DNA of 62,273 nt, filler included, from Sluysia triapertura (lineage: Eukaryota): NCBI GenBank assembly GCA_046118255.1. It is 5 parts of 5 records of this genome, joined end to end, with 100 filler letters (N's around TTAATTAATTAA, not from the genome) between each part and the next. Parts side by side here need not be neighbours in the genome. Positions count along the whole stretch, not along the records: positions 35,648 to 47,080 come from JBJNIA010184801.1; positions 47,181 to 62,273 come from JBJNIA010239661.1; 3 more parts are not named here. One strand, 5' to 3'. Shown in pieces: positions 37,876 to 50,100 of the stretch (the first letter of the stretch is position 1; each line of letters opens with the position of its first letter). The position numbers were made by a program, and so were the translations under genes. The notes under the pieces are model-generated. The model had not been told where the DNA came from and did no database searches. It saw only the letters and a program-made list of their open reading frames with translations.

Positions 37876-40800
37876 GTTTGTTATTATATTTTTAACTCTT
37901 GCAACTAGAATAATACAAGTATCGATGATCTGATAAAGGAAAAATTGTAATTAATATGTTTTAATTTTAATTTTATTGTTATTTTAGGTTTATAATGGTT
38001 TACAAAAAATTAAACATGTATTTCAATCATGTATAACAATGTCTTCCACTTGAGAAGTCTCTACGTTTCCTTTGCTCCAAGCTGCTGCTGCATGATACAT
38101 GATCCTGATATACTATATACAATCCATTTCCCGTATTGTCTTGCGCGGGAATCTGAGAGATCGTAGCAAAGTTGTGTTATTCCTACCATAAGTTCGTGTA
38201 GTATTACTTGGGACTTGTGCTTTTCAGTTAAAGTTTGGACTAGATCACCATATTTTTCCTGTTTTAGTTCTCGAGCTTTATTAAAGTTTTCTTCCATGTC
38301 AAACAGCACTTTGACCTACTAATATTAATTTCCCAGAGAAGGGGCATTGTATTTTTAAGTCTGGTCAACGAAGGTCCTCTGTTGAGATTGGACTGTCTAC
38401 TTTGACATGGTATCCCTTTTGTTACCTTCCGATTACTTCACTAGTTATTTCTAGTAATATGTTACATGAAAATTGTTTTGACTTCCTGACCAATGAAAAA
38501 ATGGGTCCAATAGACCCACATGGTATGCAATGCATGCAAACATTTTTGGCAGACTGAAAGTATATTACTTTCATACCTCTGTATAAGACTCTGTAAATAG
38601 AAAATAATTAAGTCAACGTAAAATTAAAATAAATAATACGTTTACATATTTTGAAAAACATAAATGTAGCTGCCTATTTAACAGTTGTCTTTGGTTTTAG
38701 TCAAATTTTTATAAGCTTTTGTTAATAACTTACTGGAATAAGAAAGTTCGTTTAACATTCGTGTCATTTTGATCCTAATTCCATTTTGCCATTACATTTC
38801 TATATATATGAAGATGTGCTCAAACTGTTTCTACTTGAGTCTTCATTTTTTTCTCATTATTCTTATTGTGACTTCATTCATAGAATAAAATTTAGCAATA
38901 TTTGTTACTCTTTCTCAATTACGTAGACGATCTAACATTTTAATTTTGATCTCTAAAATACATGAATTTTCTTTTTAATTTCTTTTAAATATAGCAAAAC
39001 CTCTAAATTTTTAATTAAATTATCAAAATAATAAAAAAAATTATAATTTTTTTAGCACTAATAGGTAAATGTGATGTTTCAGAAACAACTTGTAAATCTA
39101 TCTATAAATCTGATATTACAATTGTTTTATAGTTTTGTAAATCAATTCGAAGTAGGTTTACTTAATTTTATAACTCTAAATATTGTGGGATTTTATCTTT
39201 ATCAACGAAAAAAATTATTTAAGTATGGCTACTCAAATCCGCGATAATCGTGCATGGTAAACTGCCCCTTCTTCGATCAGTGTGTTTGTTCTGTGTTGTA
39301 GACAAAATAGTCTATATAAAGTGAATAAATTGTTTTCTTATCTTATGTTCGTTCTTGTGCGCACAGTGCACACAATTAATTTCAGCTTGTCATATTTTGC
39401 ACGGTACCAAATATGCACACAGAGACTTGCAAAAGTTAGAGGGAACACTGACTAGAAATAGTTGAATAAATTTAAAGTTTGATTCACTATAATCTAATAA
39501 TACGTCAAAATTTACGTAACAAACTTTGTGTAAAAAATTAGTTTTGGAGAAAACAAATTCGGTTTTAGAAGAGGAAGCGGTATCGAATTCTTTTCAAACT
39601 GGAGAAGTAAAAAATATTTGTGCATGTGCAGTAAGCAACCGGATAAATCAATTTTTATGTTTAATTACAATTGTTATTATAGTGGGTTCTATGAGATTTA
39701 GATTATTAACTATTTTAAAAGTGAAACAAAATTTGTTTATATTAATTGTTTTAATATTAAAAGTATTTAAGCTAAAATGAAATTTTAATATTTTATTTAA
39801 CTTAGACTTAAAGCCTTTAACAAAACTCATTAATGTTAAAGTGAACAAGTTTATATTAAACAATAAAATCACAAAATTGACACAAATAATACCGCAAAAT
39901 ATATAAACATGAGAGCGATTTTCGATTGGCCTTTTAATAAAAGTATGAACATATAGTACCAATTGTGTTCTTTGATAAATAATGAGAGAATATTATTATT
40001 TCAGTAAGAATATGCTGGTAACAATCTGATTAAGCGAAAGAAATAATTTTATATGTATATCAGACGCTGGTGATTTATAATAGCGGATTAAATCCCATAT
40101 AGTTAGAACAATAATGATTATCAATAATGCTTTGATGACACAGTAGTCACTATAATACATATGAGAAAAAGAACTGTACATAAATTAATATTGATGAACA
40201 TTGTAATATACGCAAGAGAAGGAGACATAGTTGTAAGAGAAATAACAATAGTTTTTCCAGTAATTTTTAGAATAACCTTTAGAACAAACTAATAATATAA
40301 CGTCAAATAACATTTTCAAAATAGCAGTTAATAAAAATACGTGTAATGGGTTCTTATTAACAAAGGTATTATTATCCGAAGAGGAAAATTATTAAAGCAT
40401 TAAGTAATATGGATATAATTATCAACATTGATAATCCTAACATCAACTTCATATATTTATTGGTTATTAAATTAAACACATATATTGATTCTCGAAACAC
40501 TTCAAAGTCATAAGGTTATTTGTTAGTCTTATTTGTTATTAACAATATACTGATTTTTTATCGCAATTTTCTTCATACATTTCATGTGCATGTAGTACAA
40601 AGTTGCTAACGGAACATCCGACGCAGTTAATTTCATTCATTTATCGGTTTATTATAGAAAAACGAAAATTAGTCGTAATGTTAAGCTTACTCACTTCTTC
40701 AATTATGAGTTTTACCACTAATTTGCATATTAGCTAAAATTAAAAAGTTCAAAATAGAAACGTTTCTATTTACTGAGTGTTAAATTGTAATAACACTTGG

Positions 40801-43800
40801 CAATTTACTTGCAAGTACAAAATTATTTAGACATGCGTTTTGGACAACTAAGATTTCGCAATTACCGTTTAAATAACACAAAATGGATAAACTTGACCAC
40901 GCAAAACTCATTTTAAAACTCGTAGTCATATTCCGGTACAATTCCATAATTTTTAAACTTTGTAAGTACATTATTGATAATGCATTAAATTAATATTACA
41001 TAATACGATATTACATGAATTTTTTAGTATTTGGAATTCAACTGTTTCAACTTAAACAACGCCCTCTACATTGTAATTTCACAAATATCAAAAAATCATT
41101 TCAACTTCATAAAATGTGAAATTTTAATTATTTTCAATTAAAAAATCCTGTTCCATTATCATAATCATGACGGATAGCATTGCCCAGACAACGTGGTTGC
41201 TGTTACGAATATGGGAACGAGCCAGAATTCCAACAACGGCACCCAATCACATAAGAAAACTGCACATTCAATGGCAAGAAACTCATTAATCGAAAGTCAG
41301 ATAAAAATTTAGGTCAGTAAGAATTCAAAAAAAGCCTTAACAACCTGTTTGGCATTAAGATAATAATTCCATGAATTTGCTAAAGATTAAGGAATATCTT
41401 TTGTTTCTGGCAGCACAAAGAGAAGATGGTCGTCGAGGTTCCATGGCAAGGATAGACGAAGAGAAAGTTCGCTAAAGCCAGCACATCAGTGAAAGCACAA
41501 ACATCTTTGGTGATGCAGAAACTTCATCGTCGTCAGAGGGCGAAGATAATGAAGATTCAAAAACTCTAGAGCCATTTCAAAAAATGCACGATGTTTGAAG
41601 AAGAGAGGAAGAGTGAATGTTGTAACTGCTGCAGTTGTAGCAGCACTGGATAGGTCAAACACCAGTAATCGCAATGCTGCTTATCTACTAATGGCAGAAG
41701 CACCGACAAAGGAGCTCATGCACAACCCATCATAGCTCATTATCAGCTGTACTCTCCGGAGTGCAAGGATGAAGCACCGTGGAAGTGTAGCTTTGGAGCA
41801 TAAAGCAAGCTTCCAGCCAAGAGTCCAATTAATACTGCACTGAGACGGTAAAATTATGGACGATTCCACTTGTTGAAATCCGAGAAAAGAACAAGTAGAT
41901 CGGTTGCACATTCTTGTTTCTGGTGAAAATGTAGTCAAGCTTCTGTTAGTGCCAAAGCTGCACAGCGGGACAGCAGATTGTGCTGCAGCAGCCGTTATGA
42001 ATGTCATTGAATCAGAGGTTTTTGATTCGATACTATTGCAACAAACAGTGGAACCATAAGTGGTGTTTGTGTTCGGTTGGAAACACCTCTCGCCATCATA
42101 TAAGCTCTCTTTGGGTTGTACGATGTATCAGAATCTTCAGACATTGAAATTTTTATGCTCTTTAGAAACTACAGACCAGGTATAGGTCATACTCAACAGC
42201 ATTGCATGAAGATACTGATGAAGCAGTCGTTACTCTATGGAATTTGCACCCCTCTAGCTGGCATACATTTTCGATATCCAGGGGCAGCAAACTGTGCACG
42301 TTGGATGAGAAGAGCAATCTACTCTTCGGAATCAGTTTAGTGTACAGCAGATTTCTCGTAAAATGCGAGAAACGTCATACAGCCAGATAATCTGGCAACA
42401 TTTGAGAAGAGTGTGTTTGTTTGTTAAGCAAGTATACTTGATTTGGTTCCAGCAGCTCCCAGGAAAAAAGCTTGCACCACTTCATAACCAAATCAACTCA
42501 TCGACTCTTCTCTCTTCTTGAGTTGTCAATGACTTGGCTGAGTATGGAGTCGCTTTGGTACAGCAGTCAATGCATTGATAACGCGTGATGTACAGCAAGA
42601 GCAGTATCTCCTTCAAATAGTGCAGCGGCGCAAACAAGCTTTCTCATCACCAAGGAAAAATGCAGTGACAACAGAACAGGGCTAACTAGGACATTAGGAG
42701 ATGACAGCAGTGTCACTTTTCGCAATTTCGATGTTTCTGTTTTTTTTGCAAATTTTGAATAAACTCTAACTGTGTTGGTCAAGTTCTAAATTTGGTTTAT
42801 AAATTGCCAAAAAGATCTCAAATGACTTTTGTGAAGTGTTACAAAATGGTGAATTGGAGAGATTGATTTGCAAAACTTCACTTTATAGGAGCACCTTTGT
42901 CTTAAATAACCCAAAACACCACATTTCTTAAATATTACTATCCGTAAAATAGAGGTATATGCAAATAAAATCAGTCAAAAATGTTATAAATTTTGTTTTA
43001 TACTGACAATATTATTTTAGGGTTAGGTTTTTATTGTTATAATCTAATCGAATTAAAATCAAACTTATTTTATTATTCAAAAAATATTTAATAAAAATCA
43101 ATTCATATTTATAAAAACTGTTATTTACAACTAGACAGTTATACCGAATTAACTTGCAATTAAAATAATATATTTATCAATTTATAAAAGCTAAATTTCT
43201 TCACTATGCCTAGGATGAATTTCAAACCATTGGTTAAAGAATAGCCAAGAGTATAATAAAACACGTTGATGACCAGACAAATGTGTGATCTGTGAGCCAC
43301 ATATATCAAAATGTGGATTAAAACGCAGGTTAGAAGAGAAACGAAAAAAATGAATAAGATAGAAGGTTAAGGAAATTATATAGAAATTTTATTGTTATAC
43401 ATTTTTCGTTTATTAAATATTACTTTTTAAAATTTATTTTGATGTGTTGTGTAGATTGTTAAGTATTTATAGGATTATGTAAGTGTATATTGTTTAGTCT
43501 GATAAACAAATATTCTAAACAGAAGAGTTGATCCACCACGTGATCAAGCTTCTCAATTTATTCTAGTATAAATTGTAACAATAATATAAACTTTGGATTT
43601 TTATAAATTTTTATAATATTCCAGGTATGTGACAAAGTTTTGAGCAGAGGTATTTATTGTGATTTTTACCTTATGTTTTGTCGTTTATCATTTAATATTG
43701 AATGATTTATTAAATTTTTCCGGATTAAAATTAGTTTTAATTGGTTGGAAATTAATGATATCAAGGGTTATTTTCATGATTTTGTCTAAAATGTATGTAT

Positions 43801-46239
43801 TATTTACAAATCTCTTGTAAATGCTTAATGAATGAATAAGAAAATTAAATCAATATTTTCATCATTATTTATAGTATTGTGCTCGTAAATTATGATTTTC
43901 TTAAGTTTTGGAATTTTAATGATTGGAAAATTATTCAATCCCCATATTCAAAATTGCATACATCAAAATAGTTAAAATTTATACATTCATACTTCATAAA
44001 TTATGCATAACAATCATTCTTTATATTTATAATTTACATCCAATGATTATAAATTGAGTCCATGTTTCAATTATATTGATTTTTCATAATTTGCCATTTA
44101 ATTCTAAATTAATTTATAAAATTATATTTACCTTTGCAATATGCATATTGTGTGTAATAGATTGTAATTATTTAAAATATATAATTTATAGAAAAATACT
44201 GCATGAGTTATTGTTCATTATGTTCTAATAATTCGATTTGTTTTGTACTGAAATTTAATTCACTGAAAGACTTTATTAAACTTTAAAACTTTAGGAAGTT
44301 TTAATCCGTTCTTTAGTTTCTATTTTCTTTTCAGCTGATTCTTGTATGGCAAACTACCAAGGTCTTGCGGTGGGCATGGTACTGGAGGTGGGTACATGTT
44401 CCAACTTTGGTACCGAAGCCGTAGTGTTACTTCGCCATGGATTTCTAAGATCCAATTCCGTTGCTGTAGTTGGGAATAATCCATGTGCAGTATTAAGTGT
44501 AAAAACTCTTAGAGATACAGTTGATTTCGGACGAATTTTAGAAAGCGCAGGACCTGGAGATCCAGTTAGGGTGACCGGATTTAAAAAAGGTATTATGCCT
44601 TCTGCTGGAGATGAATTACTAGAAGTTAGAACTATGGAAGAAGCCAAAACAGTTAGATTATAAATTATTGTTGATATTATGTTACATATTTAACATAATA
44701 TTTATGGAACTCTATTCAAATTTAAATGGACTAAGTATGTAAGAACTTTCGCAACATACAACTTCGATTAAATGGAGAAATTTGATTTTTCGGTCACTTT
44801 TCTATGTTTAAAAAGGTAGAGACTCTGAAACATGCACGAACTTTATTTAAATAAATTTATAATATTCAAACAAGATCAAATTTAGAGACATTCGAGACAT
44901 TCGAGACATTAGATTTTGATTTTAATTTGCATAATTCAAACATTTCATTTAATCAGTTAAATATTATTATATATAATGTGCACTCATTTAGACAGTTTAA
45001 ATATTGTTGAAAATCATTTTAAAATAATAATATTTCATGTAAAATGATACAAAAATTTATATTGCACTTAGTTCACTAAATTAAAATGTGTTTAAAATAC
45101 TCAAGTAATGTTTTCAGAAATACCTTGAAACAGCAAGGTAGAAGTTGGAAATTATCAAACAAACATGAAAAAATATAAACAAGAATCTGTGATACTTATT
45201 CATATCCAAAAAACATCACTAAATCCGCTAAAAATATATACTAACTAGCAAGGAGGTTATAATGATATGAATTATAATATATATTGAAAAAATATGTTAT
45301 CAAAATTATCTTATGTACGGGTATAAAGAGAAAATTGGATGTGGAGCCATAGTAACCGAACTGCAAACTTAAATAAAAATTAGATATCAAAAACTACAAA
45401 TGTAATATCTTCTTTTATGTCATTTTATGTTATCTTCGCTAATATTCATTTCCTTCTGTGAATAGTAGTCTTTGTTGCGTGATCTTATTGATTTTGTTTT
45501 ATTTTTGTTCAGTGTGCGCTTCTGGACTCTCATTCTTAAAAATGCACTGAAGGACTTTAGATTTAAACGAACGTATCTTCGTTATTAAGAATTATTAAAG
45601 AACGCAGTTTATGCTAAAAAGCATAAGACATTTGATCAACTAAAACAAAGTATTCAGCACGAATTTCAGAGGAAACTTGCCAGAAAGTATGTCGCCGTGT
45701 TGTCAAAAGATATCGTACTTGTATTGAAGTTCAAGGTGGACATTTTGAATATTTGTAAATACTACATATACCTATTAAATTTGTCGTTTTTGATATCTAA
45801 TTTTTATTTAAGTTTGTGATTCAGTTATTTTTGGAACTGAATAATTGACTGTTTGTTATTTTTGTTAATCTAAATTAACTTTATAACATTAACTTTAATC
45901 TACATTAATCTACTCTTATAACTTTAGATTCAGTCATTTCGGAAATCAGAAGCACACAAAAATAAATCAAAAGAAGATTATGAAGGTTATTTACAAATCA
46001 GCGATTCTTATCGTGAAAAATATAGCCAATATTTGAAAGGTACGGGAAACGTTAAACGAATTGTTAAAGATAGTCCTAAGTTTGAGGATTTTGTTTGCTT
46101 ACAAGAAAATATTCCAGATGGAGTATTAGACAAGTTTGGTCGACCTCATCAATCTATTATTATTAAGGCAGATGTACAAGGTAGTGTTGATGCAATTTCC
46201 ACTGTGCTTCAAAAAATCTCCAAATCCTTTATTGATCAG
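37587..46239 (+). CDS. MTIF2: Mitochondrial translation initiation factor IF-2, internal exons 37587-37875, 44335-44651, 45928-46239 (partial at both ends)
   Basis: G4 VIAINKMD and G5 ISALRGWNLKGLIEAILLQAD; domain II GMVLE..G...VLLRHGFLR..AGPGDPVRVTGFK..PSAGD; domain III IIIKADVQGSVDAI. GT-AG junctions in phase (1 and 0). Confidence 0.93.
38061..38430 (-). mobile_element. Restriction-like endonuclease (REL) domain relic of an R2/NeSL/Utopia-type non-LTR retrotransposon
   Basis: DSPISTEDLR*PDLKI...KLILV/VKVLFDMEENFNKARELKQEKYGDL (cf. RPDL..DV..PFD..AR..K..KY..L). Confidence 0.75.
39230..39450. mobile_element. hAT-type transposon terminus
   Basis: Ends ...ttagagggaacactg (reverse complement CAGTGTTCCCTCTAA) with subterminal gcacac repeats. 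Confidence 0.5.
39640..40500 (-). pseudogene. Intronless 7TM rhodopsin/chemoreceptor-like GPCR pseudogene nested in an MTIF2 intron
   Basis: Successive hydrophobic segments MKLMLGLSMLIIISILLNALIIFLF / NPLHVFLLTAILKMLFDVILLV / YCYFSYNYVSFSCVYY / IKALLIIIIVLTIW / LFLSLNQIVTSIFLL / YIFCGIICVNFVILLFNI / IVNNLNLIEPTIITIV; one frameshift and several stops. Confidence 0.45.
41150..42896 (+). mobile_element. hATm-like DNA transposon relic
   Basis: FLAAQREDGRRGSM; VVAALDRSNTSNRNAAYL; ILH*DGKIMDD...VDRLHILVSG...KLLLVPKLHSGT; FD.T.ATNSG..SGVCV; FRYPGAANCARWMRRAIY (cf. PGA.HHARWMAKAIY). Degenerate end gagcacct. GC content visibly raised. Confidence 0.8.
44335..44651 (+). CDS. MTIF2: MTIF2 exon (domain II)
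   Basis: tttcag|...AVGMVLEVG...PSAGDELLEVRTMEEAKT|gttag. Confidence 0.92.
45353..45827 (+). mobile_element. Internally deleted mariner-like element with ~55-bp inverted repeats
   Basis: caaacttaaataaaaattagatatcaaaaac.acaaat.taata at 45364 is mirrored at 45773-45816. Internal LKNAVYAKKHKTFDQLKQSI and TCIEVQGGHFEYL* match a transposase C-terminus. Confidence 0.85.
45928..46239 (+). CDS. MTIF2: MTIF2 exon (linker/insertion and domain III start)
   Basis: tttag|IQSFRKSEAH...IIIKADVQGSVDAISTVL..DQ|gt. Confidence 0.9.
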
Positions 46240-47080
46240 GTTACGCTGATAATAATTTATTATAAATGTTCGAAGTAATTATATTGATGGTTAATGAGTG
46301 AGATGAGTCATTTAAGAACGGTGCGAATATTTATATCATTTGAAAAGTATTTTTTAAGCGTTGGCTACCCTATGGTTTAGTAGTTTTTAATGTTTCTCAT
46401 ATATATGTATACAGAACTTTGCCCACTACGCACTCTGGTTAGGCTACGAGGGTATAATATTTATAATTAATTAAACTTGATCAAAGAAAATTCCAAGCTA
46501 TAATTTCATTTGCTTAAATAATATCATTTTATCGAAATTCAAGTATTTTGACTACATTACTGTTAAATTTCTGTGACTGGTAATCGTTACTCAAATCATT
46601 GATATCGAACCTTGTGATACTTGTACGTTTTTTAATATAAATTAAGTTAATATATTGCAAAGGTGCGCAAACTAGGCGACGAGCCCCGGATGGGGATACA
46701 AAAAATTTTAAAATTGTTAGATTTTACAAACAAATTTTTGTCTTTTCTTTGAATATTTTTCGTTGTTTTTTACCAATTCAAGTAATTCCATCATCTAATT
46801 CCATAATTTATGTTCTTGATGTAGAACAATCATCGAGAATAACATTTTAAAGCAAATATACTGACAAATTCATAAAGCAATTATACATGTTATGCTATTT
46901 TTTAGCTGTTAATTAAAAATAACGTTAGTATACTGCTATCACAATCGCGAAATAGCAGCTAGTGAATAACAGCGACGTGTTGAAAAAATATTAATATTTC
47001 ACAGAAATATATTAACAGACATAATATTGCATTTTTGATATAAAGAATTAAAATTTAATTTTGTTAATTTTTCTTTATTT

Positions 47081-47180
47081 NNNNNNNNNNNNNNNNNNNN
47101 NNNNNNNNNNNNNNNNNNNNNNNNTTAATTAATTAANNNNNNNNNNNNNNNNNNNNNNNNNNNNNNNNNNNNNNNNNNNN
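47081..47180. other. Artificial scaffold linker
   Basis: N44-TTAATTAATTAA-N44. Confidence 0.95.
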
Positions 47181-50100
47181 ATTAATTTTGTAATTTAAAA
47201 TTAAAGATTAAATATGTTCTAATGTCTAAGTATTAATAAAGCATATATCAAATTGATGCTTATAAAGATACTAATTCAAATATGTTATTCAACTTGACGT
47301 GCGACGTACGGTTGACACACAATGTATTAATGCAAAATACTCCTGTGAGAAATGGATTTATTATTTTATAAATTTTATTTTTAGATTAAGTTGACAAATT
47401 ACGTTATTGGTATAATAGCAATATAACAATGATTTTAAATTTTGATTAGGTGATGTTAAGTAGATTTGGGGATTGTTGATCTCAAATCCTACTATCATTA
47501 GATAATTAAAATTAGATTGAATTTGAACATAGACGGAAATTACTGCCGAAATTCAAGCAGTAAAATTAGTCGGCTTATTGCCGACTAAAAGAGAATAGAC
47601 ATCTTTAATTTCCGTCTTGTTCAGTTTTTGACTTTAATTTCCTACAGCATCATAAAAATTCTATATAAGCAGTTACATTTTTGCATAAAATTGGAAAATA
47701 AAACAACAGATATAGAAGTTAGATTCGAGGGACGCTGCCTTGATACATCTTTGGTTAACGGTGATATCAGGGCTTATTCTTTAGTAATTGATTAATATTA
47801 ATATTTAGGGTTAGAAGACTTAGGGTTAGTTATTTATTTTATATTGAATATATTTTGCGTTAATATATTATTTGTTTTTAATTTGGGCTGTTATATAGAG
47901 TAATTTGCAATATTGTTATAAAGAATAATTGTATTTTGTCATAGAGTACTTCATATTCTCGTTGTCCTAAAGAATAATTTATATCTTTTAATCGTAATTT
48001 TGTGATTATCCAAAGAATATATCGAGATTCTGAATTTATTTAGTTATTGAGTTTTGATTAATAATTATTTAAAGTAAAAAAGTATAAAAGGCACAATGTC
48101 TTTATAGCGATTAATTGTTACATTTTATGAGCTCAACTCCTTCATAGCCTTAAAATAGTTATACCTCATTGGACATTTCAAAATGGAGTCGGCGGGAAGG
48201 AGGAATTAACATTCGTATATATTTCATTACGTCACTAAAATGTAAATTTAGTGTTAAGCTAACTCTATGGTTAATTTTTGGCTGTAGTCAAAATTTTATA
48301 AATGGTTTTGAACTTTTTAAATGAATTATTGCTGGTGAATAACCTTCAAATTTTTATTTTTATCTTAATTTTTGCATTTAACCATTATTTATATTAAATA
48401 ATAACAATGGATATAAAGTTTAGTTTAATATTCCATCAATAAATGTTATGTTAATAATAAAGTAGCACTTTTCAATCATTAACATAAATTAAATCTATTA
48501 AAATGATTATAAAATTGAAACGATACGACTTATAAATAAAATAATAAATGTATTTGACATATTTCAATCATATTTTAATGTAAAATAATCAAAATTACAA
48601 AATTGTCTTTATTACAGAATCGCCATTCTTGTTTTTACCTTAACAGCACCAAATTTAAAAATCAGTATCAGAAAAATCCATTTAAAACTAACCCAAATGT
48701 CTCTAAACAAAATAACAAATCTCGCAGAAAAAAAACTAAAATCTAGTGGGAAACCGGAATTCAAAATTATGTCCAGCATTTTTTGCTGTTTGCTTTCTAC
48801 AGAGCCTTCTCTTTTGTTTTTTTACTTTGCTATCGTTGTGGAGTTGGAGCAAAGCAATTAAATTTTTTATCAACAGCTCTGTTCATATCCTTCCTGGAAA
48901 AATTATTGGCTACAACAAAGCAAACAATGATGAATTGAAACATTTGAAAATTTAAAAATCAGATTTTAAATATCCGGTTACAAACGTGAATTATTTTTAA
49001 GTACAAATCTTTTTTCAAAATGTTCTTAATTGTTTTTACTAAATCGACTGAATGTTTCTTTCATCTAAAACATATTAAGTATAAACAAGCAGAGTTAAAT
49101 AACTACGCTAATATTTTACAAATATAAACTAAAATGCGTAGTCTCAAAATAAATCAATTATTGTTAGTATTTCACAATAAGAATCAGGAAATGCAACATA
49201 ATTGTAACTATTGTTCAATTGTCATTTTTCTCTCTTAATGGACCAAGCCTGTTATTTGTTTAAATTTAATTTCCGAGAATTTCATTTAAATGGCGTTTTT
49301 AGTGAGCCGTCCGAACCAATTGATAAAGTTTGAGAAATTGAGAAAAACATGGCAAAAACAATGAATTAGAGAACGGAACAAGTTATTTAACGACTTGTAA
49401 ATATTTTCTAAATTAAACTGAATATTTCAATATTGATCCAATTCCATATTCATTGTAAATAATTGTAAATAATAGAAAAAAAGGAAAAGTAATTGTTTAA
49501 AACAATAATTTTCAATTTTACTGAATATTTCTGTTTTAAAGCACTCACATTGGATACTAATAATAATATTCAAAATAGGAAATTTTTATGATTTCGGAAT
49601 CGTCGTTATATTTGACCAAAATCATTAGAGCTACAGAAAACCAATTTAATGTCCTTTCTTTTATCTCTCATAAATGTTTTCATTTTATTGACTAACAATA
49701 CAAAAATAAAACGGAAATTTGGAAAATAGTTTTGAATTTATTTTCTTTTATGTTTTCACTTTAGGTATTTAAAATATTTAAACAAACGTGTTATATCGGC
49801 ATTATCATAAAAAATTTTATTAATTAGATATTTAAATAATTAAAATTTTCCATTTATATTAAATGTAAGAATATCATGACAATTTTTTATAATTAAAAAT
49901 ATAAAAGAATTTTCTTGCACTTTGGATATAAAATTAAACATTAAATCAGAATAAAATGGATGATACATTTAAAATTTTCATTTAAATCGATTAAAATGAT
50001 TATGTCAATAAGAGGAAATAAATCCAAATTTTAACGGTGCGTGCAATTACTATGTAACACAAAATTGCAATTTGCATTACCTCCTTTATATCCCTTCCTT

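Noticed and set aside
41486-42782. Minus-strand ORFs 41486-41674, 41681-42007, 42567-42782
   Set aside because: Antisense shadows of the plus-strand hATm transposase relic.
44354-44647. 97-aa minus-strand ORF
   Set aside because: Antisense shadow of an MTIF2 exon.
37587-46239. Bacterial infB or horizontal transfer
   Set aside because: Spliceosomal introns indicate the nuclear-encoded mitochondrial IF2.
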